Below are positions 30,714 to 39,650 of a DNA stretch of 64,000 nt, one piece after another. Origin of the DNA: a virus (lineage: Duplodnaviria > Heunggongvirae > Uroviricota > Caudoviricetes); the IMG/VR virus record IMGVR_UViG_3300028666_000001, positions 1 to 64,000 of that record, one strand, 5' to 3'. A program made the position numbers and the translations under genes. The notes beneath the pieces are model-generated. The model searched no databases and was not told the origin of the DNA. It saw only the letters and a list, made by a program, of their open reading frames with translations. Within the stretch, counting starts at the first letter, position 1, and each line of letters begins with the position of its first letter.

Positions 30714-30951
30714 ATCAGGTAGACCATACGATATCTATATAGGTCGTCCATCTATGTGGGGTAATCCATATCAGATTGGTATTGATGGAACTAGAGAAGA
30801 AGTGATAGAGAAGTTTGAAGCATTCTATTTAATGGATGGTTGGATGCAAGCTCATATAGGTGAGTTGAAGGATAAAACTTTAGGATGTTGGTGTAAACCT
30901 CTAGCATGTCACGGAGATATACTAGTCAAGTACGCAGAGGCAAATAGCTAA
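30685..30951 (+). CDS. conserved hypothetical (CWCxP..CHGD motif protein)
   Basis: GCWCKPLACHGDIL C-terminal signature. Confidence 0.35.
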   Translation: MPMTNVVHCKSGRPYDIYIGRPSMWGNPYQIGIDGTREEVIEKFEAFYLMDGWMQAHIGELKDKTLGCWCKPLACHGDILVKYAEANS

Positions 30952-31052
30952 CAATACTGTTGTTAAAGTGCTTATCTATATTACTTATTAGTATATATTA
31001 TAGATCAGATACAGATGTCTCCTTTAACAACATTTACAAAAGGATCTTTAAC

Positions 31053-31622
31053 ATGGCACAAAGTAGAAAAGAATACCAGCGTGATTATAGAAAGAAACAT
31101 CCTCGTACAAAATATTTTAGTGATCTGTATCAAGAGCAGAAAAAAGAACGCTTGACTTATCAGCGCAATTATGATATAATTAATAAAGAGGCTATTGTGA
31201 GTAAACGTAGAGCACTGACCATGCATCAACATATTACAGGGGTTTCTAAATGTACCACTAAGTGGGCCATTAAGTGGAAGGTTGCCTATGAATCTTTTGC
31301 TAAACTTTTGGGTTGGTCCTATAATGATCCTGTCTATGTTCAGCTTTATAATACCTGGAGAGATTCAGGATATGAACCTCTTCTACGTCCCGTTGTAATG
31401 CGTGGTATAAAGAAAAATGGATTTGTCCAAGAGAATTTGCATTGGGATATTAGAAAGAACTTTTCTTGGTGGAATGAGGATGCTCAGATCTATGCTGAGG
31501 TAGAGAAAGAGACAGAAGACTTTCAACGAGAGCATAATCAACGTAGTAAAGAATGGCGTAAGAAGGTTAGACAAGATTTGAAAGCTAAACAAAAAGAGGC
31601 TAAGAAACGTCATGTCTATTAG
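31053..31622 (+). CDS. basic (K/R-rich) putative nucleic-acid-binding protein
   Basis: AAAAGGA RBS; QRDYRKKHPRTKYF N-terminus similar to basic N-termini of the HNH paralogs. Confidence 0.4.
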   Translation: MAQSRKEYQRDYRKKHPRTKYFSDLYQEQKKERLTYQRNYDIINKEAIVSKRRALTMHQHITGVSKCTTKWAIKWKVAYESFAKLLGWSYNDPVYVQLYNTWRDSGYEPLLRPVVMRGIKKNGFVQENLHWDIRKNFSWWNEDAQIYAEVEKETEDFQREHNQRSKEWRKKVRQDLKAKQKEAKKRHVY

Positions 31623-31956
31623 TTGCTGGTCTGATGGTTGGACAAGTACAGCTGGAGCTAAAGCTGTAGCTGAAGTTGGACATGCTGATTGCTCTGAAAG
31701 TTGGGGGATGGAGATGATGCATGTATTCCAATTAGAAGGGGGTCAGTATGCAGTTGTGCATGAGTCTGGTTGCTCTTGCTATGATTCAAATGATGCTGAT
31801 ATTGAATTGCTTCCATTTGCTAGAGCCTTTGAAAAGTATATTCGGTATAAGAAAGATAATGGTCTAGAGTTTACTAATCTAGAGTATTTAGAATTTAAAT
31901 CACAGGAGAAAGAAAATGAGCTACTTAATCGAAACAAGTCTACCCCCTCTGCATAG
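31612..31956 (+). CDS. DNLxYLE-tail family, long form
   Basis: tail TNLEYLEFK. Confidence 0.5.
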   Translation: MSISCWSDGWTSTAGAKAVAEVGHADCSESWGMEMMHVFQLEGGQYAVVHESGCSCYDSNDADIELLPFARAFEKYIRYKKDNGLEFTNLEYLEFKSQEKENELLNRNKSTPSA

Positions 31957-32560
31957 AGATTGGGATATCAATGATATGGTTGGTGCTGACAACCTTGAAG
32001 AGGTTCAGCAGAATTCAGTTAAGTATTTGAATAACCCAGATGTAATTACTAGAGGCAATAACCTCTATATTTATTCTGGTCAGAATGGAACAGGTAAGAC
32101 TCGAACAGCTTATTGGCTTTTATATAAACTTCATGAACCACGTCTAGGTCCTGAAGGTAGAGCAGTTATATATCCCATAGCTGCTATTTCCTATGGGGAA
32201 TACATTACCATTTGTGAGGATAAGTTTTCTGCAGATGCTAAGGCAGCTCGTCAAACTGTTATGACAGTTCCTATTCTTTTGCTGGATGATGTATCAGCAG
32301 CCTTTGGCTGTGGCAATCTGCATACGGATAAGAGACACTTGCTGTTGCTTATGAAGTATCGTCGAGAGCATTTGTTAACTACTATCATTACTAGTAACCT
32401 AACTCCTGGAGCTTTTGATAAGCTCTATGGTCCTACAGCTTCTTCTAAGGCCCTGGAGAATTTCAGCTATATCGAAGTAAGGGGTGGAGATGTTCGTCAG
32501 GCTATTTACCCAGATCAGTTAGCTGTACCAGAAGATGAAGATGCTGAGGCTTGCCGATGA
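31916..32560 (+). CDS. P-loop ATPase (DnaC/IstB-like helicase-loader?)
   Basis: Walker A GQNGTGKTRTA, Walker B ILLLDDVS. Confidence 0.45.
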   Translation: MSYLIETSLPPLHRDWDINDMVGADNLEEVQQNSVKYLNNPDVITRGNNLYIYSGQNGTGKTRTAYWLLYKLHEPRLGPEGRAVIYPIAAISYGEYITICEDKFSADAKAARQTVMTVPILLLDDVSAAFGCGNLHTDKRHLLLLMKYRREHLLTTIITSNLTPGAFDKLYGPTASSKALENFSYIEVRGGDVRQAIYPDQLAVPEDEDAEACR

Positions 32561-33048
32561 TGAATACTCTGTGGGGATTTGTAGGAATGATCTTTGGTAT
32601 GTTGGTAGCTGTTTTCTGTGGTATTAATCTCCTTAGTTATTTTCAGAAAAAGAATGAGATGAATAAACTTGTAGACTTAAAGGATTGCCCATTTAAATTC
32701 CGTTTAGATCTGAGTGACTATAGAAGCTATGCTATCTTTGATCTAGGTAACAATGCTGAGCTGTATTGCGAATATCATTACGGAGTTCGTAGTGATGGCC
32801 TTTATGGGGTAAGTAGTATAGAACTTAAGGGACTCAATGGAAGCAGTGGTAGAAGTATTGAGTTAAATATAGGTCAAAGTATTTTTCCAATTATCTCAAA
32901 GCTTGATGATTTTGAATCCTGGGCTAAGATGAAAGCTTTTGACTATGCATGGGATCATGAGTTTAGTGCTTGTTGGCAGCGTACTCTCAAGAGTATAGAT
33001 AATCTTCGCTTTCTTGAATCAAAGCTCAAAGATAAGAAGAAGAAATGA
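32551..33048 (+). CDS. membrane protein with DNLxYLE-type C-terminal tail
   Basis: N-terminal TM; tail DNLRFLESK. Confidence 0.5.
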   Translation: MPMMNTLWGFVGMIFGMLVAVFCGINLLSYFQKKNEMNKLVDLKDCPFKFRLDLSDYRSYAIFDLGNNAELYCEYHYGVRSDGLYGVSSIELKGLNGSSGRSIELNIGQSIFPIISKLDDFESWAKMKAFDYAWDHEFSACWQRTLKSIDNLRFLESKLKDKKKK

Positions 33049-33299
33049 ACGCTGCTTGGGGTTGGGACCCAGAAGTAATTAAGAAGTATTTTGAAGGGCC
33101 AAAGATCAAATACAAATATGTTATTACAGATGATAAGGATGAGTTCCTTGCTTCAATGAATAGGATTGCTGAGAAACACTTTGCCGAGACTAAAGACAAT
33201 CTCAGGTATCTAGAGCACTTGGATAGGATTAAAGCAATAGAAGAAGGTGCTGAGCTGCGTGATGTGTTTACTTGGCTAAAGGATTTTGATGATAAATAA
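33045..33299 (+). CDS. DNLxYLE-motif protein (no Zn knuckle)
   Basis: DNLRYLEHL internal. Confidence 0.5.
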   Translation: MNAAWGWDPEVIKKYFEGPKIKYKYVITDDKDEFLASMNRIAEKHFAETKDNLRYLEHLDRIKAIEEGAELRDVFTWLKDFDDK

Positions 33300-33498
33300 A
33301 GATTTCCCATGCAAGACTTGTCATCATGCAGCTGATAAGCATTACTCTAATATATCAGATGGTGAGACTATTTGTGTAAATTGTGTTGATCAACGTATAT
33401 CATATGATGGTGAGCAGTTCCATGAGTTCATTGGTGATAATTTAAAATATATGGAACTTCTAAATAGAAGGGAGCAGATTAAAAATGAGCAAATGTAA
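33286..33498 (+). CDS. DNLxYLE-tail small Zn-knuckle protein
   Basis: CKTCHHAADKH..CVNC; tail DNLKYMELL. Confidence 0.6.
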   Translation: MMINKDFPCKTCHHAADKHYSNISDGETICVNCVDQRISYDGEQFHEFIGDNLKYMELLNRREQIKNEQM

Positions 33499-33787
33499 TG
33501 GATGATCTTGTTTGGGGAACCATTAAATATAAAGGTCCACCTCTTCAATATGAGTGGTTTCATTTTTGTTCTGATGGCACATTGATTTGGAATTGTCTAT
33601 GGTCTAATTGTGAGAACTGTAAAAAACTAGAGGAATATTACAATGAGCAAGCCTAAAGTAAAAGATCGCTCAGGCTTTAGCCATGATTGCCCATTCTGTG
33701 GGTATCACATTGTAGTCTGTTGTTCCCCTGAGTATTTGAAATGTATCTATTGCTGTAGACGTTGGAAATTAGAAAAGGATGAGAACA

Positions 33788-34504
33788 ATGAGCAAACCCC
33801 AGAAAGATAGTCTTGGTGATAGGATGAAAGGGTATGAAAACGTCACTAGGACGTTTTTAACTGGTAGGATGCCTTGTATCATTAGGATTGATGGAAAAGC
33901 CTTCCACACCTTAACTAAGGGCCTTAAGAAGCCATTTGATAAGGACTTTGCAGATGCTATGTTAGCTACAACCAGAGATCTATGTGATGAGATTCAGGGA
34001 GCTGCTTTAGCCTATTGGCAATCAGATGAGATATCGATTCTTTTAATTGATTATTTAAGGTTAACTTCTCAGTCATGGTTTGATAAGAATATTCAGAAGA
34101 TGGTATCAGTTAGTGCCAGCATTGCGACAGCTAGTTTCAATAGTTGGTTCCAATTCCCCGATACCTGCAACTCAAGAGCTACTTTTGATAGTAGGGTCTT
34201 TACTTTACCTAGAGAAGAGGTTTGTAACTATTTTTTATGGAGACAACAAGATGCTACTAGAAATAGTATCAATTCTGTTGGTCAAGCTTATTTCTCCCAT
34301 AAGCAATTACATGGTAAAAATACAGATCAAGTTCAAGATATGCTTTTTAAAGAGAAAGGGATCAATTGGAACGATCTACCAGTTATTGAGAAAAGGGGTG
34401 CTTGTATAGTGAAGCAGGAAGGTGGTTGGATAGTAGACAGAGAAATCCCTATCTTTAGTCAAGATAGAGAATATGTAAATAAGTTTGTTAATATAGGAGA
34501 TTAA
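33788..34504 (+). CDS. Thg1-like protein (tRNA-His guanylyltransferase family, 3'-5' polymerase; tRNA 5'-end repair)
   Basis: CIIRIDGKAFHTL / KPFDKDFADAM / YWQSDEISILL / FLWRQQDA align with Thg1 VVVRLDGRNFHRF / KPNDSRALQLM / YGQSDEYSFVF / YLSWRQADC. Confidence 0.85.
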   Translation: MSKPQKDSLGDRMKGYENVTRTFLTGRMPCIIRIDGKAFHTLTKGLKKPFDKDFADAMLATTRDLCDEIQGAALAYWQSDEISILLIDYLRLTSQSWFDKNIQKMVSVSASIATASFNSWFQFPDTCNSRATFDSRVFTLPREEVCNYFLWRQQDATRNSINSVGQAYFSHKQLHGKNTDQVQDMLFKEKGINWNDLPVIEKRGACIVKQEGGWIVDREIPIFSQDREYVNKFVNIGD

Positions 34505-34642
34505 AAATGATTACATTGAAGTTTATATTTAGACCAGATTGGATGTGTAGACCACATTTTAATATTTGCAAACGTCATATATCAATTGACCTTGGAATTA
34601 TTGACCTGTCAATTCAATGGAGGGAATAGCTAATATTAGGAC

Positions 34643-34671
34643 TTGACAGACTAAGCTTTAGGGGGTATACT
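34643..34671 (+). promoter_or_regulatory. sigma70-type promoter TTGACA-N17-TATACT (leaderless ATG 34678, HNH gene)
   Basis: exact hexamers. Confidence 0.5.
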
Positions 34672-34677
34672 ATTATT

Positions 34678-35148
34678 ATGAAGTCTAAAGCAAAAGAATT
34701 ATACGATAAACAGTATTATCAAAGAACTAAAGAGCAACGTAAACAGCATAGAGATTTACATCGTGCTGAGCATCTTATTTATGATAAAGAGCGATATGTT
34801 AGATTGAAGAATGAGTTTGCTAAAAGAGCTAGAACATTAGAGGTTCGTTTTAAATCGGGAGTTTCAAAAGCTAAGAAGATGAAGCGAGAATGGCAAATAT
34901 CTTTTGTTGAATATAAGCAATTAATTAAATTGGGTTGCTATTATTGTGGTGTGGACTTGACAGATACAGCAGGAACAAATTTGGATAGGGTAGATAATAA
35001 GAAAGGCTATACACTGAATAATGTTTTACCTGCATGTGGCCCCTGTAATGAAAGTAGATTTGATCATTTCACAGTGCCAGAGTGGGTTGCTATGATTCGA
35101 GCTTTGCAGGTCTATAGACATAACAAGGAGAATGGCTATGTCCGTTGA
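34678..35148 (+). CDS. HNH homing-endonuclease-like protein
   Basis: CYYCGVDL..NLDRVDNKKGYTLNNVLPACGPCNESR canonical HNH. Confidence 0.65.
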   Translation: MKSKAKELYDKQYYQRTKEQRKQHRDLHRAEHLIYDKERYVRLKNEFAKRARTLEVRFKSGVSKAKKMKREWQISFVEYKQLIKLGCYYCGVDLTDTAGTNLDRVDNKKGYTLNNVLPACGPCNESRFDHFTVPEWVAMIRALQVYRHNKENGYVR

Positions 35149-36178
35149 AAGAAAGTTAGCATCAATTCAAAAAGTCTTAGATGTCCAGCCTATTCCTGGG
35201 GCTGATGCTATTGAATGTCTTACTGTTCTTGGTTGGAAGGTTGTTAGCAAGAAAGGTGAATTCAAGGTTGGAGACTTGGTTGTTTACTTTGAAGTTGATT
35301 CGATTCTCAAAGAATCTCCTGATGTTGAGTTCCTGCGTAAGTCAGGCTTTCGTATCAAAACGATACGATTACGAGGTCAAGTTAGTCAGGGTCTTTGTTT
35401 GCCACTATCCATCTTGGCAGGTGAGTCTGAGTTGCCACATGAGCCACATGCTGAGGGTGATGATGTCACTGAGCTGCTTGGAGTAGTTAAGTATGAACCA
35501 TATGTGCCAGCTCAGTTGGCTGGTCTTGCCAAAGGTAACTTCCCAGAGTTCTTGCATAAGACAGATGAGACTCGTATCCAGGCTGTGCCAGCAGTATTAT
35601 ACAGACACCAAAACAAAAAGTTTTATGTGACAGAGAAGGTTGACGGGTCCAGCATGACTGTCTATTTCAGACGCAATGAGCACTTCGCTGATGGAGAGTT
35701 TGGCGTTTGCTCTCGTAATATAGATATGAAAGAAGAAGGTGGTACATCGTTCTGGAAAGTAGCTAGAGAGCTTGACCTTGAGAACAAGCTGCGTAGCCTT
35801 AATCGTAACATTGCGCTGCAGGGTGAGTTGCTTGGTCCAGGTGTCCAGGGCAATAAGTATAAGCTAGAGAAACTTGGCTACTATGTGTTCAACGTTTTTG
35901 ATATTGATACTGGTCTTCATTTTAATTATGATGACTTTGTTAAGATGATAATTTATTTGCAATTGCAGCCTGTTCCTTTGGTTGATGATTCATTTATATT
36001 ACCTAACACTATAGATGAATTGGTCCAATACTCTAAAGGTAAGAGTGCAATGAATAAAGATTCTCATCGTGAGGGTATTGTGTTGCGTCCTTTGATTGGT
36101 GAGTATGATGAAGATCTGCGTGGTCGCTTAAGTTTCAAGTGCATTAACCCAGATTTCCTGTTAAAATATGATGCGTGA
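35138..36178 (+). CDS. ATP-dependent RNA ligase (Rnl2/Rnl5 superfamily) with N-terminal tRNA-binding-type OB domain
   Basis: motif I TEKVDGSS, motif IV REGIVLRPL, motif V LSFKCINPDF; N-term IPGADAIECLTVLG..GDLVVYFEVDSIL resembles Myf/EMAP-II tRNA-binding fold. Confidence 0.75.
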   Translation: MSVERKLASIQKVLDVQPIPGADAIECLTVLGWKVVSKKGEFKVGDLVVYFEVDSILKESPDVEFLRKSGFRIKTIRLRGQVSQGLCLPLSILAGESELPHEPHAEGDDVTELLGVVKYEPYVPAQLAGLAKGNFPEFLHKTDETRIQAVPAVLYRHQNKKFYVTEKVDGSSMTVYFRRNEHFADGEFGVCSRNIDMKEEGGTSFWKVARELDLENKLRSLNRNIALQGELLGPGVQGNKYKLEKLGYYVFNVFDIDTGLHFNYDDFVKMIIYLQLQPVPLVDDSFILPNTIDELVQYSKGKSAMNKDSHREGIVLRPLIGEYDEDLRGRLSFKCINPDFLLKYDA

Positions 36179-36353
36179 TGAAGTTGATTGCAGGTGTGGT
36201 CATTTAGAAGATATGCATATATTGGACATAGAAGGGCAACTTGATGGGACATATTGTTCAAATTGTTACATGTTTGGCTTTGAATGTTCTGAATATAGAA
36301 TGGACTCTTTAAAATTGTTGGAGTATAGATATGAGCAAAAAGAAAAGTTGTAA
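36168..36353 (+). CDS. DNLxYLE-tail small Zn-knuckle protein
   Basis: CRCGHLEDMH..CSNC; tail DSLKLLEYR. Confidence 0.55.
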   Translation: MMRDEVDCRCGHLEDMHILDIEGQLDGTYCSNCYMFGFECSEYRMDSLKLLEYRYEQKEKL

Positions 36354-36580
36354 ATGCCAGTTTTGTAAAGACTACGCATGGCTCAATAATGAGTTGCTTC
36401 CAGCTGTCCCTAAGAAGATGAGGAAGCGAGTTGATGCTTTCTTTTCTAATGCTTGGAATGCACAAGAGGATCTGTCCTATAAAGCAGCAATTTTAGATGG
36501 CTCATGGCCTGATGCTGTTCAGATATTGGGATGGCACTTAGAGAGTGCTAAATTAAAGGTAGCTAAAGAGGAGGCATTAT

Positions 36581-36745
36581 ATGACCCCAAAAACGAAATT
36601 TAATACAACACCCTGCGCTACTTGTAAGCATCCTAAAGGGATTCATAAACCAGCCTGTTGGTCTTATGGCTTGGTTGAACCAAAGTGCAGAAAGCATTGT
36701 TTGAGGTTTGTGAAATTAAATGAACAGCCTAGTAAGAAGAGTTAA
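36581..36745 (+). CDS. small Zn-knuckle protein lacking tail (CATCKHPKGIH..C..C)
   Basis: read from sequence, about 54 aa. Confidence 0.3.
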   Translation: MTPKTKFNTTPCATCKHPKGIHKPACWSYGLVEPKCRKHCLRFVKLNEQPSKKS

Positions 36746-36992
36746 GAAGATACATCCTCAAAAGGGTGACTTTGTTATTGTAACCCTGAAGGGTGATCCT
36801 TCCGATTATCAAATGCAGATAATACGGAATAAGTTTACCAATATGCCATTCCTAACAGGTGTGTATGTGCTGTTCATTAATGATATGATCATCATTCGAG
36901 AACAGAAAGCCAATAAAGGTAAACATGCAGTTTACCTAAACAATTTAGAATACCTAGAATACGTAAGTAAGAAAAAAGGAGAAGATAAATGA
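36720..36992 (+). CDS. DNLxYLE-tail family, no Zn knuckle
   Basis: tail NNLEYLEYV. Confidence 0.5.
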   Translation: MNSLVRRVKKIHPQKGDFVIVTLKGDPSDYQMQIIRNKFTNMPFLTGVYVLFINDMIIIREQKANKGKHAVYLNNLEYLEYVSKKKGEDK

Positions 36993-37170
36993 GTTTATTT
37001 GGTGGAGATAAGACACCTGAAGTAGAAAAGCCTGATATTTGGGAAGAGGTTGGAGAGGATACAGATATCTATCGTACACGTACTCCTGAAGGTTGGTTAA
37101 TTATGGATAATCAATATCATAGAGGCGGGTTAACATATGTGCCAGATGCAGATCATAAATGGAGGCTAGG

Positions 37171-37821
37171 ATGAACATAATTCCCACAGTCATAGAAAAG
37201 AATCCAGGTGCAGGTAGCATGGTGTCGTATGATCTGTTGTCACGTCTCATGCAGGATAGGATCTTGTTTGTTGGTGGTAATCATGGAGCTATCAGCCTTG
37301 ATGATGCTAACATTCTAATTGCCCAGCTTCTGTATCTGGAGTCTATTGATCCAGGCAAGCTGATTCAGATGTATATCAATTCTCCAGGTGGAGAAGTTTC
37401 CGCTGGATTGGCTATTCTTGATACAATGCGCCACATTACAAGTCCAATTCAAACTATCTGCATGGGTATGGCTATGAGCTTTGGAGCTGTGCTGCTTAGC
37501 TCAGGAGCTAAAGGCAAACGTTTTGCATTGCCTAATGCTCGTATCATGATCCATCAACCATTGATCAGCGGTGGTGGCATATCTGGTCAGGCTACAGATA
37601 TTGCTATTGAAGCTAAAGAAATGGTTCATTGCAAAGAGTCTCTTACTAAAATCATGGCTAAAAACTGTGGTCAAGAATATGAGAAGGTACTTGCTGATTG
37701 TGAACGCAATTTCTACATGTCAGCCGAGGAAGCAAAAGCGTATGGTTTGATTGATTCGGTTATTTACCCAGCAGAAGAAGGTAAGTCAAAGACCAAAGGT
37801 TATTGGGACGACGGTAAATAA
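37171..37821 (+). CDS. clpP: ClpP-family serine peptidase (S14), copy 1
   Basis: INSPGGEV, GMAMSFGAVLLSSGAKGKRFALPNARIMIHQP closely parallels E. coli ClpP [32 protein letters not shown]; GGAGG RBS. Confidence 0.8.
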   Translation: MNIIPTVIEKNPGAGSMVSYDLLSRLMQDRILFVGGNHGAISLDDANILIAQLLYLESIDPGKLIQMYINSPGGEVSAGLAILDTMRHITSPIQTICMGMAMSFGAVLLSSGAKGKRFALPNARIMIHQPLISGGGISGQATDIAIEAKEMVHCKESLTKIMAKNCGQEYEKVLADCERNFYMSAEEAKAYGLIDSVIYPAEEGKSKTKGYWDDGK

Positions 37822-37824
37822 GTA

Positions 37825-37853
37825 TTGACAGGACGTTGAATATCTGTTATAAT
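37825..37853 (+). promoter_or_regulatory. perfect consensus sigma70 promoter TTGACA-N17-TATAAT driving an ORF-free region
   Basis: exact consensus hexamers and spacing. Confidence 0.6.
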
Positions 37854-37859
37854 TAATTA

Positions 37860-38125
37860 GGTGGGTTGAGGCCCAATAAAAGAATAAGCCTGGATGCTCA
37901 TAAGAGTAGCCTAACGCATCCCATCAAATATGGAAACTAGGGGTTCAGCGGGATCTCTCCCTAGGAGTACGAAGTAAAGACGAGTCCCGCACAATTTAAG
38001 ATCATAGTGACACGAACGGTGACGTGGTAAAAAACATAATCAGACGTTAGCCAGTTCGATTCTGGGGTGTCCTCTGGGAGAGTGAAGTCTGATTCAGCTG
38101 GTTCAAGTCCAGCATATGATCGCAA
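37860..38125 (+). ncRNA. candidate structured RNA / tRNA-like element downstream of consensus promoter
   Basis: no ORF >35 aa for about 370 nt; hairpins GCTGG-TTCAAGT-CCAGC (38097-38113) and CCAG-TTCGATT-CTGG (38051-38065) are T-arm-like; 7-bp helix GATCATA(38000-06)/TATGATC(38115-21); hairpin CTAGGG..CCCTAG at 37928-37956. Confidence 0.3.
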
Positions 38126-38592
38126 ATTTGTGAGTGGATTAAATGAGTGACATGAGGTTCCAATTGGATCATATATAATCCAAGATGCCTACACTTCTCA
38201 CAAAGCCCTTTAAAGGAGATGCAAATGAAAATAATTATTGTTACAACCGTTGTTATTTTTTGGTATGCAGTAGCTGTTTGGTTAACCTATAAGATTGCTC
38301 AGTGGTTTGAGCGTAACTCATAAGGAGAGTAGAATGCAATTAGAATGTGAAACGTTTCTATTAGCTGCAGGTAGTACATACAATGAAGTAGTTAAAAGAT
38401 CAGGTCGTTTACGGATTTCTACAAGTGGAGCAATTAAGGCTTGTTCAGTTATTGGAATAACTGAAGGATTTCCTCTATTTATAAATGAATCCACTAATTA
38501 TTTAGATGTAAAAAAAGGAAGTATACTTCGTATTATAAATAGAGATGTGAGTGTTAATGTTTATTTAAGTTATGAGGGGAAAGGAAAATAAT

Positions 38593-38829
38593 ATGGCTGA
38601 TGAAATTCAATTAGAAGGTGTAGTGAGCAGCAATATATCTGCAATCGGTTTTGAAGCAAAGTCAGGAACCATGCAGGTGAAGTTCAACAATGGTGGATTG
38701 TATGAAACAGTTGGTGCTTCCCAGGCCGATTATGATACCTTCAAACTTGCTAAGAGCAAAGGTGTTCACTTCAATAAGGTTTTGAAGAGAGCATTTGCTT
38801 GGAGTAAAGTAGAGAAGAAAGGAGTATAA
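38593..38829 (+). CDS. KTSC-domain-like protein
   Basis: ISAIGFEAKSGTMQVKFNNGGLYETVGASQADYDTFKLAKSKGVHFNKVLKR resembles the KTSC domain. Confidence 0.4.
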   Translation: MADEIQLEGVVSSNISAIGFEAKSGTMQVKFNNGGLYETVGASQADYDTFKLAKSKGVHFNKVLKRAFAWSKVEKKGV

Positions 38830-38951
38830 AATGGAAACATTACTGTTGGGAAGTGTATTGTTACTTCTAGCCGTTGTATTACGTTTGTATCGTAATAAAC
38901 ATCAAGTAGAACAAGCTCGTCGCAAACATAAAAAGCTACCTCGTTAATAGA

Positions 38952-39134
38952 ATGGAGTCGTTTGTTTGTAGAACCTGTGGTCATATTCTTGGTCATGGCT
39001 TGAATTTTGCAGAGACAGGTAGATATGATTCTGTATGTCATTGTGGTTGCACTGATTGGATTCCATCAGGTAATTTACAGTATTTGGAATGGTGTTTGGA
39101 TCATAAGGTGAATAATGTACAACAGTCGTTGTAG
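38952..39134 (+). CDS. DNLxYLE-tail small Zn-knuckle protein
   Basis: CRTCGHILGH..CHCGC; tail GNLQYLEWC. Confidence 0.6.
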   Translation: MESFVCRTCGHILGHGLNFAETGRYDSVCHCGCTDWIPSGNLQYLEWCLDHKVNNVQQSL

Positions 39135-39306
39135 GAATTGCTTTTGTCTTCATTTTAATAAAGACACGAGCTTAAATTACCCAGAGAAATGTTATTGTCC
39201 AGAAGCATTTAAAGCCATACTAAGATGTATCAATTATGTGCCAAAAGAGAACTTAGAGTATTTAGAATGGGTACTAGAACATGAAACGAAATTGGAAAGT
39301 AGATAA
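39115..39306 (+). CDS. DNLxYLE-tail small Zn-knuckle protein
   Basis: CRNCFCLH..CYC; tail ENLEYLEWV. Confidence 0.6.
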   Translation: MYNSRCRNCFCLHFNKDTSLNYPEKCYCPEAFKAILRCINYVPKENLEYLEWVLEHETKLESR

Positions 39307-39538
39307 TACTGCTTTAATTGGTGAGTTTAGGTTCTGGCATGGTGAACCTAGTAGACTTCCTGCTCCCTGGGCACATCGATGTTTTTATAAGCATCCATGG
39401 AACCAAACAGTAGAAGGTAGATGTCCAGCAGCTAATCAGGTTAGAGGTAATCGTTTTACTGATCTTTGTGTAATTCAGAAGCTTGATAATCTGTTATACT
39501 TAGAATACAAGTTGGATGAAAAGGAAAAAATAAAATGA
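39281..39538 (+). CDS. DNLxYLE-tail family member
   Basis: tail DNLLYLEYK. Confidence 0.55.
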   Translation: MKRNWKVDNTALIGEFRFWHGEPSRLPAPWAHRCFYKHPWNQTVEGRCPAANQVRGNRFTDLCVIQKLDNLLYLEYKLDEKEKIK

Positions 39539-39650
39539 GTGACGATTGTAAGCACGAATGGGTACATACTTGTAAGGTTCCTGGTCAGGGACTTTGCTAC
39601 TGGTGCGATAAATGTAAATACTGTGGTGTTAAACCAATAGAAACATTCAA

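Noticed and set aside
37171-37821. ClpP copy as the phage prohead maturation protease
   Set aside because: No portal, scaffold or major capsid genes are adjacent. Both copies are embedded among small early-type genes. Not excluded, but context does not support it.
37860-38295. tmRNA
   Set aside because: No 3' CCA-proximal acceptor pairing with a GGGG 5' end and no plausible tag reading frame. Kept only as a generic structured-RNA candidate.
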